DNA of 64,000 bases from NCBI GenBank assembly GCA_021777565.1, contig JAJYDJ010000002.1:133082-197081 (forward strand), written 5' to 3'. Both the position numbers and the translations under genes were made by a program. The notes under the pieces are model-generated. The model was not told the origin of the DNA and did no database searches. It saw nothing but the letters and a program-made list of their open reading frames with translations. Positions 47,917 through 57,118 of the stretch are shown piece after piece; positions within the stretch are counted from its first letter, which is position 1; every line of letters begins with the position of its first letter. The stretch comes from a bacterium (lineage in GTDB: Bacteria > Patescibacteriota > Microgenomatia > Levybacterales > UBA12049).

Positions 47917-47970
47917 ATTGCCTCTTCTGTTGTTTGTACATTTCTTGTGATCTTGGCTATAATGGATGAT

Positions 47971-50109
47971 ATGGGTAGACACAAAAAAATGGCGCTTACG
48001 TTAAAGAAGGAAACCGTCTATAGCGTGAGTGGATTTTTTTGTCTTCTCTGTGCAGTCTTTTTGGTCCTTTCATTTTTTGATCGCAGCGGCTCCTTAGGTG
48101 GGGTACAGGATGGTCTTACGTCGTTTTTTGGAGGGCTAGTTATTCTCGCACCACTTGGCCTTGTTGTCCTTGGCTTTTATTTGTTTCATATTAAAAAATT
48201 CTTCCTCTCTCAAACCCATGTAATAGTCGGGTATGGACTGGTATTCCTCTCCCTGCTTGGCCTTTTCCGTGGTGGGTCAATTGGCATGAGCCTATCAGAT
48301 GTGGTCTCAGAGGTGCTAGGACTAGCAGGAGCGAATCTTATTTACTTTGTGGGGCTCTGTATTGGACTTGTGGTTCTTTTTGATAAATCGATCGATGAAA
48401 TGTTTGGCATCCTTTTGGCCATACTCAAAGCATTTGGAAAGTTGGTCCCTGGGTTTTTGACTGGCATGTTCAAATCTAAGAAAGTTCTGGTTAAAGAACA
48501 TGGCAAACAAACAGTCATGACTATCGGTAATCAGAAAGATTCTATCCCTTCTCTCAACTCACTGCCGGCTAAAGAACCAGTTATTAACAAAGGCAAAGAA
48601 ATTAAGGCAGAAATGCAACCTGGACTTAAAATTGCTGATCAGCTGGTCAATAATGCAGGGGTGGGCGTCTGGGAATACCCACCACTTGAGCTTCTCTCCG
48701 ACATGCCTGGCCAGAAAGCGGATCGAGGAGATATTAAAAAGATTGCAGGAATTATTGAGAAAACACTGGCCAGTTTTGGTATTGAAGCACGTGTGGCTGA
48801 GGTCAATCTTGGCCCTGCGGTCACGCAGTACGCACTTGAGATTGCTCTGGGCACAAAAGTATCGAAGATTACCTCCCTTGCCAACGATTTGGCTCTGGCC
48901 ACTGAAGCGCCAACAGGACAGATTCGTGTTGAAGCACCAATCCCAGGAAGAAATCTTATTGGTATTGAAATCCCGAACAAGTCTCTGGAAGTGGTGACGC
49001 TCAAGACAATGCTTATGTCCAGTATGATGCAAAAGAGTAAATCCAAGCTTTCGGTAGCTGTTGGTCTTGATGTCTCCGGTAATCCATCAGTTGGAGATAT
49101 CGCAAAAATGCCTCATCTTCTTATCGCGGGTACTACTGGCTCTGGAAAATCAGCAACTATTAACTCATTTATTTGTTCCATTCTCTTTAGAGCATCTCCT
49201 CAGGAAGTACGCTTTATTATGATCGATCCAAAGCGTGTTGAATTGACACTTTATAACGGTATTCCTCATTTGTTAACACCAGTTATTGTTGAGCCAGACC
49301 AGATTCTTTCTGCCCTCAAGTGGGCACTGGCAGAGATGGAAAGGCGCTATAAAGTGTTCGCTGAAAGAGGAGTGAGAAATTTAGAGGCATACAATGAGCT
49401 TTCTGGTTTTCAAGCCTTCCCAGCCATAATCATTATTATTGATGAATTGGCTGACTTGATGGCATATGCACCAGTAGAGGTCGAAGACGCGATCGCGAGA
49501 CTTGCACAGATGGCTCGTGCGACTGGCATTCATTTGATCGTCTCAACACAGCGCCCATCAGTAGATGTCATTACCGGTCTTATTAAAGCCAATATCCCAA
49601 CTCGTATCGCCTTGACGGTTGCCTCGATGGTAGATAGTCGCGTTATTTTGGATGGACCAGGAGCAGAAAAATTACTAGGTCGTGGAGATATGTTATATAT
49701 TCCACCAAACCAGGGGAAGCCAATTCGTGTCCAGAGTACGTTTGTTCAGGACAAAGAAGTGAATAAGCTGGTAGACTTCCTGAAGCAGAAGAATCCTGTT
49801 GTTCAATATACCGAAGAAGTGACCAAACAACCTGTTCTGATCAAGAAGGGAACAGGTGCCAATATGGCAAGTGGTGCCAAGGCGGGGGATGAGCAATTGA
49901 TTGAAGATGCTATTCGTGTCGTATGCCAATACGACCGCGCCTCTGCTTCACTGCTGCAGCGCAAATTATCTCTTGGGTATGCACGTGCGGCACGTATTCT
50001 TGATCAGTTACAGGATTTGGGCGTGGTAGGTCCTGCTGAAGGAGCCAAGCCTCGAGATGTGATTTTGAGGAATGCTGAAGAAGTTATTGCGAATCTGCAT
50101 GAAGGATAA
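47971..50109 (+). CDS. ftsK: DNA translocase FtsK
   Basis: N-terminal 4TM, MPHLLIAGTTGSGKS, IDELADLM, TQRPS, gamma domain SASLLQRKL.LGYARAAR. Confidence 0.96.
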   Translation: MGRHKKMALTLKKETVYSVSGFFCLLCAVFLVLSFFDRSGSLGGVQDGLTSFFGGLVILAPLGLVVLGFYLFHIKKFFLSQTHVIVGYGLVFLSLLGLFRGGSIGMSLSDVVSEVLGLAGANLIYFVGLCIGLVVLFDKSIDEMFGILLAILKAFGKLVPGFLTGMFKSKKVLVKEHGKQTVMTIGNQKDSIPSLNSLPAKEPVINKGKEIKAEMQPGLKIADQLVNNAGVGVWEYPPLELLSDMPGQKADRGDIKKIAGIIEKTLASFGIEARVAEVNLGPAVTQYALEIALGTKVSKITSLANDLALATEAPTGQIRVEAPIPGRNLIGIEIPNKSLEVVTLKTMLMSSMMQKSKSKLSVAVGLDVSGNPSVGDIAKMPHLLIAGTTGSGKSATINSFICSILFRASPQEVRFIMIDPKRVELTLYNGIPHLLTPVIVEPDQILSALKWALAEMERRYKVFAERGVRNLEAYNELSGFQAFPAIIIIIDELADLMAYAPVEVEDAIARLAQMARATGIHLIVSTQRPSVDVITGLIKANIPTRIALTVASMVDSRVILDGPGAEKLLGRGDMLYIPPNQGKPIRVQSTFVQDKEVNKLVDFLKQKNPVVQYTEEVTKQPVLIKKGTGANMASGAKAGDEQLIEDAIRVVCQYDRASASLLQRKLSLGYARAARILDQLQDLGVVGPAEGAKPRDVILRNAEEVIANLHEG

Positions 50110-50117
50110 AATACACT

Positions 50118-50747
50118 ATGATCAGACTAGGAGAACGACTCAAATCCAAGCGTGCCGAGCTTGGACTCTCTATTGAAGACGCCTCAGATGCGACTAAAAT
50201 TCGTCCCGAGTACCTGCGTGCTATAGAGGCAGGTAATTACGGCGCACTGCCATCACGGACTTACGCACAAGGATTTGTGAGTAATTATATCTCGTATCTT
50301 GGACTTCCAAGGAGGGATACAATGGCTGTATTTCGTCGAGAATTTGATGAGAAAGAGTTTAATGGAGTCCTCCCCAGCAGATTTGTGGAAAGAAAAAGTA
50401 TGATCCCAGGATTTCGTATCGGACCAGTTGGGATTTTTGTCATATTTGCGATAGTGGCAATAGTGAGCTTCTTCCTGTTCCAGTATAGAGATGCACTCTT
50501 TGATCCATCACTGAGTGTCTCCTCTCCGGTAGATGGTGCCGTTGTACATACAGGAGTAATAACCGTGGTAGGAAAGGCGAGTCCTGGCGCATTAGTATCT
50601 ATTGACGGGGATGCAGCACTTACAGACAAAAATGGGGCGTTCTCCAAAGAGACAGGACTTTTTACTGGTGAGCAAACGATCGTGGTCATGGCAAAAAATA
50701 GCTATGGCCGCACAACCACTCTCTTTAGAAGAGTAAAAGTTGACTGA
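50118..50747 (+). CDS. RodZ-like protein (HTH, TM, Ig-like domain)
   Basis: G..L...R...GLS, TKIR..YL.AIE.G, Y..GF...Y..YLGL; follows ftsK. Confidence 0.8.
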   Translation: MIRLGERLKSKRAELGLSIEDASDATKIRPEYLRAIEAGNYGALPSRTYAQGFVSNYISYLGLPRRDTMAVFRREFDEKEFNGVLPSRFVERKSMIPGFRIGPVGIFVIFAIVAIVSFFLFQYRDALFDPSLSVSSPVDGAVVHTGVITVVGKASPGALVSIDGDAALTDKNGAFSKETGLFTGEQTIVVMAKNSYGRTTTLFRRVKVD

Positions 50748-50754
50748 AAACACC

Positions 50755-50784
50755 TTGACAGAATGTCTGAGAAATCACTAGTAT
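50755..50784 (+). promoter_or_regulatory. Sigma70 promoter of a predicted leaderless transcript
   Basis: TTGACA, 18 nt, TAGTAT, then 6 nt to ATG 50791. Confidence 0.55.
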
Positions 50785-50790
50785 AGATAT

Positions 50791-51066
50791 ATGGATATTG
50801 CCCAATCCTTACTGCTCGCGGTGGTCCTTATACTTACCGGTCTTCTGGTCTTTCTAGGTATTCAAGTGTTTTTCATTCTGCGAGAACTCCGTCGTACCCT
50901 TGAAAGAGCCAACAAAATTCTTGATAATGCAAATTCAATCACCGAAAGTATTGCTCGCCCAATTTCTGACTTCTCAGGCATCTTGGATGGAGTAAAAACA
51001 GGCATGTCGCTTCTGAGTATCTTTAGTAAGAAGAAAAAGCATCAGGAGGAAGGAATGGATGAATAA
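50791..51066 (+). CDS. DUF948/YtxG-like membrane-anchored coiled-coil protein
   Basis: N-terminal TM followed by heptad pattern; paired with a YtxH-like gene. Confidence 0.7.
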   Translation: MDIAQSLLLAVVLILTGLLVFLGIQVFFILRELRRTLERANKILDNANSITESIARPISDFSGILDGVKTGMSLLSIFSKKKKHQEEGMDE

Positions 51067-51382
51067 TGGACACGCTTCTGGCGGTTTCCTCAATGGTTTG
51101 GTAATTGGTGTTGCACTTGGTGCAGGCGCGTACTTCCTCATCGGCACCAAAACAGGTAAAAAAATTCTGAAAGCAGTCTCAGAACAAGGTTTTGACAATC
51201 TTGAAGGGTTAGTTGGGGCAGTGACTGAAAGTATGAGCTGTGAATGTGATGGTGAGTGCATGTGTGAGGAAGAGGTAGAAAAGACGCCTCGTAAAATGGC
51301 CACAACGTCTCATCCAGAACACAGTGAGGAAGCTCCGAAAAAAACTGGTCCCAAGCGTTTCTTCAAAGGAATAAAAAGATAA
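51059..51382 (+). CDS. YtxH-like protein
   Basis: F..G..IG..LGA...L..TK.GKK; contains CECDGECMC. Confidence 0.7.
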   Translation: MNNGHASGGFLNGLVIGVALGAGAYFLIGTKTGKKILKAVSEQGFDNLEGLVGAVTESMSCECDGECMCEEEVEKTPRKMATTSHPEHSEEAPKKTGPKRFFKGIKR

Positions 51383-51727
51383 TTATTTAGGAAGGTTATC
51401 GAAATCCAGATACTCCATATACAGAAGAACTTTCAATGTCGTGCCTTCTTTAGGAAAGAGATTGTACGTCGCATGTGGTGGAACTGGAATAAGATCATCT
51501 TTGTGTACTTCAAAGGTTTCACCATTCACGACAAATGTTCCTTGCCCATCTAAGATATAGTAAATCCTTTCCCTCTCGCCAATTGTTCTCTCTCCATGCT
51601 CACCGGTAAACTCTGCATAAGCAATTGTGGTTCCATTGGCAACATCTGGTAGTTGATAATAGTACCCATCAACTCCTTCTCTGCCGTGGTGGACTGTTTG
51701 AGATCGTGTAATCTTCTGTGGTGTCAT
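51383..51727 (-). CDS. Cupin domain protein
   Basis: YYILDGQG.F.V.G......DD...VPP; start re-picked to ATG 51727. Confidence 0.8.
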   Translation of the reverse strand: MTPQKITRSQTVHHGREGVDGYYYQLPDVANGTTIAYAEFTGEHGERTIGERERIYYILDGQGTFVVNGETFEVHKDDLIPVPPHATYNLFPKEGTTLKVLLYMEYLDFDNLPK

Positions 51728-51728
51728 A

Positions 51729-52685
51729 TTATCCTCCATAGCGTTGTATATCTGCATTGTGCTGCTCGAAGTTCGCCTCAAAATGGGTAACTCCTTTGGG
51801 GTCGGTATAGTAATAGAGATAGTCAGTCTGGGGGATATTAAACACTGCCTTGAGACTGTTGAGCCCTGGGTTGCAAATCGGGTGTGGGGGCAATGTGTTG
51901 TGCGTATAGCCATTAAATGGTGAATCGATGGCAAGGTCATCTGCCGTTAGATTTTCTTTCCACCATCTCTTTGTAGCAGGATCATATCCGACTGCGTATT
52001 GGACCGTCGCATCAACATCGAGCTTCATTCCAATGTCCAGCCTGTTTTTAATAACAGAGGCAATAAGCATCATCTCTTGAGGAGTCCTACCCTCTCTCTC
52101 TACGATGGAGGCAAAGGTGACCAGTTGGGGCTTGGTGAACGAGCTTGGTTTGGCAACTGATGCATATTTTTGTTCGAAGTTATCTCGCATGGTGGTAATG
52201 ATAGTCTCGATGGTGGCATCTTTATGAAAGGCATAGGTGTCAGGGAAAAGATATCCTTCATTGGCTTCTAATTCAGTCTTCCATCCTGCTCGGTATGTCT
52301 GTGGGAAATGTGCTTGCAGTATTGCGTCAACTTCTTCTGCTCTTTTCCCTTCTGGTATGGTGATCCAGATATCTGCAGGTGCTTTAGTCAGTGTGGTAGC
52401 AATATCTTTGGAGGACATACTGGGAGAAAGTTCAAAGTCTCCGACTTGGATGCTATTACCTAGATTATTCAGTTTTACTTCCAGTAAAAAGCCATCGATA
52501 TTGCGGATCAGATGTGCTTGTTGTAAGTTACTGGCAATATCACGTACGGTCTGGTCTTTACTAACACTAAAAGCAACTTTGCTCGTGTCACTACGATTCA
52601 CGGGACCGGTATAGGATTGCCAGACGAGTGAGAGAATAATGCCAAAAGCAACAATACCAATGCCAACGGTCGTGAGCAATTTCAT
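51729..52685 (-). CDS. mltG: Endolytic transglycosylase MltG
   Basis: TIPEG, EGYLFPDTY, ASIVERE, NRL..GM.L..DATV.Y, LPP.PICNPG. Confidence 0.93.
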   Translation of the reverse strand: MKLLTTVGIGIVAFGIILSLVWQSYTGPVNRSDTSKVAFSVSKDQTVRDIASNLQQAHLIRNIDGFLLEVKLNNLGNSIQVGDFELSPSMSSKDIATTLTKAPADIWITIPEGKRAEEVDAILQAHFPQTYRAGWKTELEANEGYLFPDTYAFHKDATIETIITTMRDNFEQKYASVAKPSSFTKPQLVTFASIVEREGRTPQEMMLIASVIKNRLDIGMKLDVDATVQYAVGYDPATKRWWKENLTADDLAIDSPFNGYTHNTLPPHPICNPGLNSLKAVFNIPQTDYLYYYTDPKGVTHFEANFEQHNADIQRYGG

Positions 52686-52706
52686 ACAGTAGTTAGTATA
52701 CCAAGT

Positions 52707-53987
52707 TTATTGGATAGTGAACATGGGATAGAGATGGGTTGAATCAATGGTTGTCTGGAGAGTCGCTTCTTGCTCACTGTAGTAGGTCATCAACACATCC
52801 CCAACGGCCACACTATCACCAACCTTTTTATGCATAAACATTCCAGCACCCTTCTGGTCTGGTGCCCCAAGCATACGTCCAAGAACGGTCGTATGTTTGC
52901 TATCAATTGCGGTTACTTTTCCAGCGACTTCAGAGGTAATGTCTTTGGTAAATGTGCCAAGTTTGGTTTGTAATGATTGACTAGTTACACTAGTATCTCC
53001 GCCTTGTTCACTAATGATTGCTTGCATTTTTTTCAGTGCTGCACCTGAGGTGAGAAGAGATTTTGCCCAGTCCCTGGTCGTCTGAAATTGTTGGAGTATC
53101 TCTTGTCGTCTCTGTCCATCTTCGCTTTCAAGACAAATACCTAAGAGTTCACCTGCGAGGTTTAACGCTCTATTCTCAAGATCAATTGGGCGGTCACTGG
53201 TTTGCTCGAGTACCCGAAGTGCCTCCTGTACTTCCAAAATTGGGCCCACACCCCTGCCTGCTGGTTCTTCTGTCTCGTGGGGGAGTACTTTTATCTTGAT
53301 CCCAAATTTATTTGCAACATATTCAAATTTTGTTTTAATGACTTCAGCATCTTCTCGTGAGTGTACTTTGACAGTTGGGCCATACGGGACATCAATTACT
53401 ACGTGATTACTCCCAAATGCGACCTTTTTGGCAAGTACAGAGACAATAATTTTGTCAAAGCTCTCAAACATAAGCGGCTTCTCTACTTGAATAAGGACGT
53501 CATCAGCGGGTGCTATTTTAAATCCACCACCCCAGACTATACAGCCGCCTGCTTTTTTCACAATGTCATACAGTTCTTCTTTGGTGAATGTAACTTTACT
53601 CAGCACTTCCATGTCATCGGCTGTTCCATCAGGAGTCGTGATGGCACGAGAGGAGCTTTTTGGGATTGTGTAGCCTGCTGCCGCAACGATAGGGACGAGA
53701 ATGAGGGTAGTACGCGTACCAGGGACACCACCAATGGAATGTTTGTCAGCAACGATGCCTGAAAACTCCAATTTTTCACCAGTATCAACCATTGCTTTGG
53801 TTAGAAAAAATAATTCTTCGTTGGTAAACCCTTTAGAATAGCCACTTGCAGCAAAATATGTTGTGAGTACTTTGTTGAGTCTATCATGGGCAATCTCGTC
53901 CATGATGGCATAGATCTCCTGATAGGAGAGTGCTTTCCCAACAAGTTTCTTTTGGATTGCCTCTAAGGCTACTTCTTCTTCGTTCAT
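52707..53987 (-). CDS. AMP phosphorylase-like nucleotide phosphorylase (thymidine phosphorylase family)
   Basis: DKHSIGGVPG and KSSSRAITT..GTAD motifs are AMPpase-type rather than DKHSTGGVGD; APADD..I.VE.PL. Confidence 0.85.
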   Translation of the reverse strand: MNEEEVALEAIQKKLVGKALSYQEIYAIMDEIAHDRLNKVLTTYFAASGYSKGFTNEELFFLTKAMVDTGEKLEFSGIVADKHSIGGVPGTRTTLILVPIVAAAGYTIPKSSSRAITTPDGTADDMEVLSKVTFTKEELYDIVKKAGGCIVWGGGFKIAPADDVLIQVEKPLMFESFDKIIVSVLAKKVAFGSNHVVIDVPYGPTVKVHSREDAEVIKTKFEYVANKFGIKIKVLPHETEEPAGRGVGPILEVQEALRVLEQTSDRPIDLENRALNLAGELLGICLESEDGQRRQEILQQFQTTRDWAKSLLTSGAALKKMQAIISEQGGDTSVTSQSLQTKLGTFTKDITSEVAGKVTAIDSKHTTVLGRMLGAPDQKGAGMFMHKKVGDSVAVGDVLMTYYSEQEATLQTTIDSTHLYPMFTIQ

Positions 53988-54700
53988 AATGTCTGCAAGC
54001 GTGATTTAATAACGAGTCTTTTCCAGGTCGTGCCTGGTGGCACACAGGTGATAATAGTTAGCATACTCTCATCGGTTGCTTGATTCAAGACAGTCGTATC
54101 GTCAGGTTCTACGACAATAAGTGAAAAGACCTTATACGTATAGGTAACGTTTTGTATATGTACCTGAATAAGATCTCCTACAGAAAGGGAAAGAATATGT
54201 GCAAAAATAGTACGGTAATCGTTAGGGTTATATAACTGTGGAAGTGTTGAATGTCCAAATATGACACAGTTGCCTATTGCCGGTGGGGTACAGGTCCCTG
54301 CAAAGTTGACCAAGTGTTTGGTCAGGTCATCATCTGTTGTCGAGACTTCTGCATTTTTAATATCAAGTTTTGGGATATCAATGGTAAATGCGCTAGTTGT
54401 TGGATTTGCTTGTTGATGGCTTCCAGGGTACCAGTTGCTGGCATTATCTAGATCCTGCGCATACACTTTGGATGAGAGAAAATTTGCAAGTCTTGCCTGG
54501 CTTACGATTGCATGGTCGGGCACCGGTTTTATCAGTGCATCAGAAACGGTGCGTGGAGCGATATAGATTTCCCAGAGAAGCAGTGGAGAGAAGATATATA
54601 AAGAGACCACAAGTCCTGATAACACTAAAAAGCTTCCTGTTAGTCGAACAAGTAGGCGTTTGTTGATCCTTGTCTGCTTTTTGTATGTGACAATACTCAT
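53984..54700 (-). CDS. Sortase
   Basis: N-terminal TM, I.IPKL, GN.VI.GHS, LTIITC.P.G...KRL (His/Cys/Arg triad). Confidence 0.9.
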   Translation of the reverse strand: MSIVTYKKQTRINKRLLVRLTGSFLVLSGLVVSLYIFSPLLLWEIYIAPRTVSDALIKPVPDHAIVSQARLANFLSSKVYAQDLDNASNWYPGSHQQANPTTSAFTIDIPKLDIKNAEVSTTDDDLTKHLVNFAGTCTPPAIGNCVIFGHSTLPQLYNPNDYRTIFAHILSLSVGDLIQVHIQNVTYTYKVFSLIVVEPDDTTVLNQATDESMLTIITCVPPGTTWKRLVIKSRLQTL

Positions 54701-57108
54701 TGAGTAATTATTTTAAAGGAGATGTTTGATGGATTGGCAGGCAGCGTCCTTGGCAAGAATGGAATGGCAGGGACTAATTGTACAGTCGCATCTTGTAGGC
54801 CAGTGAGTGACTTGAGTGCGGTGACTGCATCGCTAAAGCTTTTGCCAGCCAGTTGCCCAGAGAGAGTCTTCTCATCAATCACAGGGCGTAGTGATGCCTG
54901 GACGATAGCAGTTGCACTAATCACGTTGTTTTTACTGGTGACATTATCAAGCTTTACACTGATACCATTGTCTACAAAGGTCATGGTATTGTCGTGAACC
55001 AACTGCCCTTGTACTGTTTGTTGTAAGTCCTTGAGTGCATATACTGATGCAGAGGTCTGTACCGTAGCACTCAGGCTCAGAGTGGATGCCTGGTCACCAA
55101 GTTTGCCTGAGAATGTTTTATTCGTAACTGTCTGCTGTACGCTTTGATCTATAACTTGTTTATCACTCGTGTTATTGTTCAAAAGCGTTGGTGTTGCCTG
55201 GTCTTTTGCTTTCTGTAAAACCTGGTTAGTAAGATTTGTGATATCAGCCTGTGAGATGACGGTGATGGCTGTTTTGGTTCCACCTGTGAAGGCAGTATCG
55301 TTTTTTGCACTCATATCACTCTTACTCTCTCCACTGACGGTGAATTTTGTTCCTGCGGGGATATTGTAATCGGTGCCAATGTCTCCGGCGGTTACTGCAA
55401 CATCATTTACAATCGTGGATGGATCATCAGGTCCGCCTGAGAATGAGGCTATCACAGTGGCGCTGTCTAGTGTGAAAATAAGTCCATTGCTCGCGGTAAG
55501 TTTGGTCCCTGCCGTAAGATGTACCTCTTCTGATGCGCGACTAAAAATAGAGACAGTCCCTTTTGCCTTATTCCCAATATTTTTTGTTCCAGTTGTCTGA
55601 ATACTATCAGAGATGGTGTTGGAACTACTTACAGAAGTAACTGGGATGCTTCCATTTCCTCCTGTGGTTGTAAAGTTGACTGGGACATTTTGAGTGAGGT
55701 GTTGTGCGGCAAACGTAAGAGTAATTGTTCCTTTCAGGCCATTTCGATATGCCAGAAAAAGTCCAACACCGATAACAATAATTGCAAGAATAATAACAAT
55801 ACCAATGCCTTTCATGTGTTTGAGTGGGGAATGGATGAAAATTCCATTCATACCTTTTTGTATCCCAGAGAGGAGCCCTTGCACAAGGTCTTTGCCTCCT
55901 GTTATGAGACCAGCAGCACTTTCTCTAACCATAAGCTCACTTTCCTCTTCATCGGATTCTTCAACTCTCTCTTGTTGGTGGGAAATTTCTGGTAAATTTT
56001 CAGTGTACTCATCTGCTTCTTCTTGTGTGGCTGGCAAATGAGTAGTTGGGACGTGAGTAGGGGCGAGTGCTTTCCCTTCAGAAAAACCAAAATATTCTGC
56101 AGCAATATTATCTGATACCAAATGAGATGGCTTTTTTATCTCTTCCTGCATCTCTGGTTGTATTTTTTTCTCTTCATCGCCCTCCTCATCTGCAGGTTTT
56201 TCTTCTTTGACTTCTTCTTGTGATTGCTCTTCTTCTTCCTCATGGGTATGTCTGTGTGTCGTGTGCTGTACTGGAAGTTCATTCTCATCCTCAGGGGTAA
56301 TCTGTGGGATGGCTGTTCGAAGTGTTACTGTATCGAGTGTTGCGTTATTGATAGAAAGCCCAAGTTGAGTTGCCGTACCAAAGAGAACTCCTTGTAGATC
56401 GAAATTTGGTGCCAGAATCGTGACTTGGGGGACATGCAAAAATGGCAAGCTTTTGCTCCACTTATGGGAAAGAAAACTTTGTGAAATTTTCTCATTATCT
56501 TCCCCATCAAAAAGGACGATACGAGAAGGTAAAATTTCACTCTGTGTAAAGGTCTTAAGCATTGCATCAACTAATGTTGGGACATCTTCACTGAGTGGTT
56601 GCGCAGCACTTTCAAGAATCCTTCCTGCCCGAACGATAGAAACGCGAATTGACTCTTTGCCCATTTCTACAATGATTGCAGATACAGGAGCACCTTCTTT
56701 TTTATGAAGCAGATGAACAATTGCTTCCGTAAAGACCAGGAATCCGATTGGGGTTAGGGAAAGCTCATCACAGATTTTCTTCAACAAGGTTAGTTTTTCT
56801 TGAGTTATTCTTCCTTCTGTCGTCCAGGCTGTATGAACACCAAAGATGGTTTTATAATTTGGAATTTTCTCTGTCAGCTCTTGCTCTGCTTGACTGATGG
56901 CACGATCACAGGCATTTAAAATGTCCTCAAAGGAAGCATCTTCAAGAGGGGTGGGGAGGATACTCTCTGCAACAGAGAAAAGAGCAAGGCTTCCGTTTTT
57001 TTCTTCAAGAATAGATGCGACAATTTTTTCATCCTGCAAAAGAAGCGTCAAATAATATGACTGTTGTTTGGACGATGTCGTTTTAAGAAAAGGCAGTGAA
57101 AGTCGCAT
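54697..57108 (-). CDS. Bitopic protein: putative FtsA/PilM-like N-domain, acidic linker, TM, baseplate J/gp47-like extracellular domain
   Basis: IVEMGKESIRVSIVRAG resembles actin-fold phosphate-2; TM at ~435-455; KAKGTV, L.AGT.L...GL.F, V.A..IG..YNI.AG, FTGG typical of baseplate-J-like proteins. Confidence 0.62.
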   Translation of the reverse strand: MRLSLPFLKTTSSKQQSYYLTLLLQDEKIVASILEEKNGSLALFSVAESILPTPLEDASFEDILNACDRAISQAEQELTEKIPNYKTIFGVHTAWTTEGRITQEKLTLLKKICDELSLTPIGFLVFTEAIVHLLHKKEGAPVSAIIVEMGKESIRVSIVRAGRILESAAQPLSEDVPTLVDAMLKTFTQSEILPSRIVLFDGEDNEKISQSFLSHKWSKSLPFLHVPQVTILAPNFDLQGVLFGTATQLGLSINNATLDTVTLRTAIPQITPEDENELPVQHTTHRHTHEEEEEQSQEEVKEEKPADEEGDEEKKIQPEMQEEIKKPSHLVSDNIAAEYFGFSEGKALAPTHVPTTHLPATQEEADEYTENLPEISHQQERVEESDEEESELMVRESAAGLITGGKDLVQGLLSGIQKGMNGIFIHSPLKHMKGIGIVIILAIIVIGVGLFLAYRNGLKGTITLTFAAQHLTQNVPVNFTTTGGNGSIPVTSVSSSNTISDSIQTTGTKNIGNKAKGTVSIFSRASEEVHLTAGTKLTASNGLIFTLDSATVIASFSGGPDDPSTIVNDVAVTAGDIGTDYNIPAGTKFTVSGESKSDMSAKNDTAFTGGTKTAITVISQADITNLTNQVLQKAKDQATPTLLNNNTSDKQVIDQSVQQTVTNKTFSGKLGDQASTLSLSATVQTSASVYALKDLQQTVQGQLVHDNTMTFVDNGISVKLDNVTSKNNVISATAIVQASLRPVIDEKTLSGQLAGKSFSDAVTALKSLTGLQDATVQLVPAIPFLPRTLPANPSNISFKIITQ

Positions 57109-57118
57109 ATATCACTAT

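Noticed and set aside
54697-54760. LPxTG sortase substrate at the C-terminus (LPRTLPANP)
   Set aside because: No following hydrophobic segment or basic tail; no convincing sortase substrate found in the window.
54697-57108. Prophage or contractile injection system
   Set aside because: No sheath, tube, terminase, capsid or integrase; the gene is TM-anchored among housekeeping genes.
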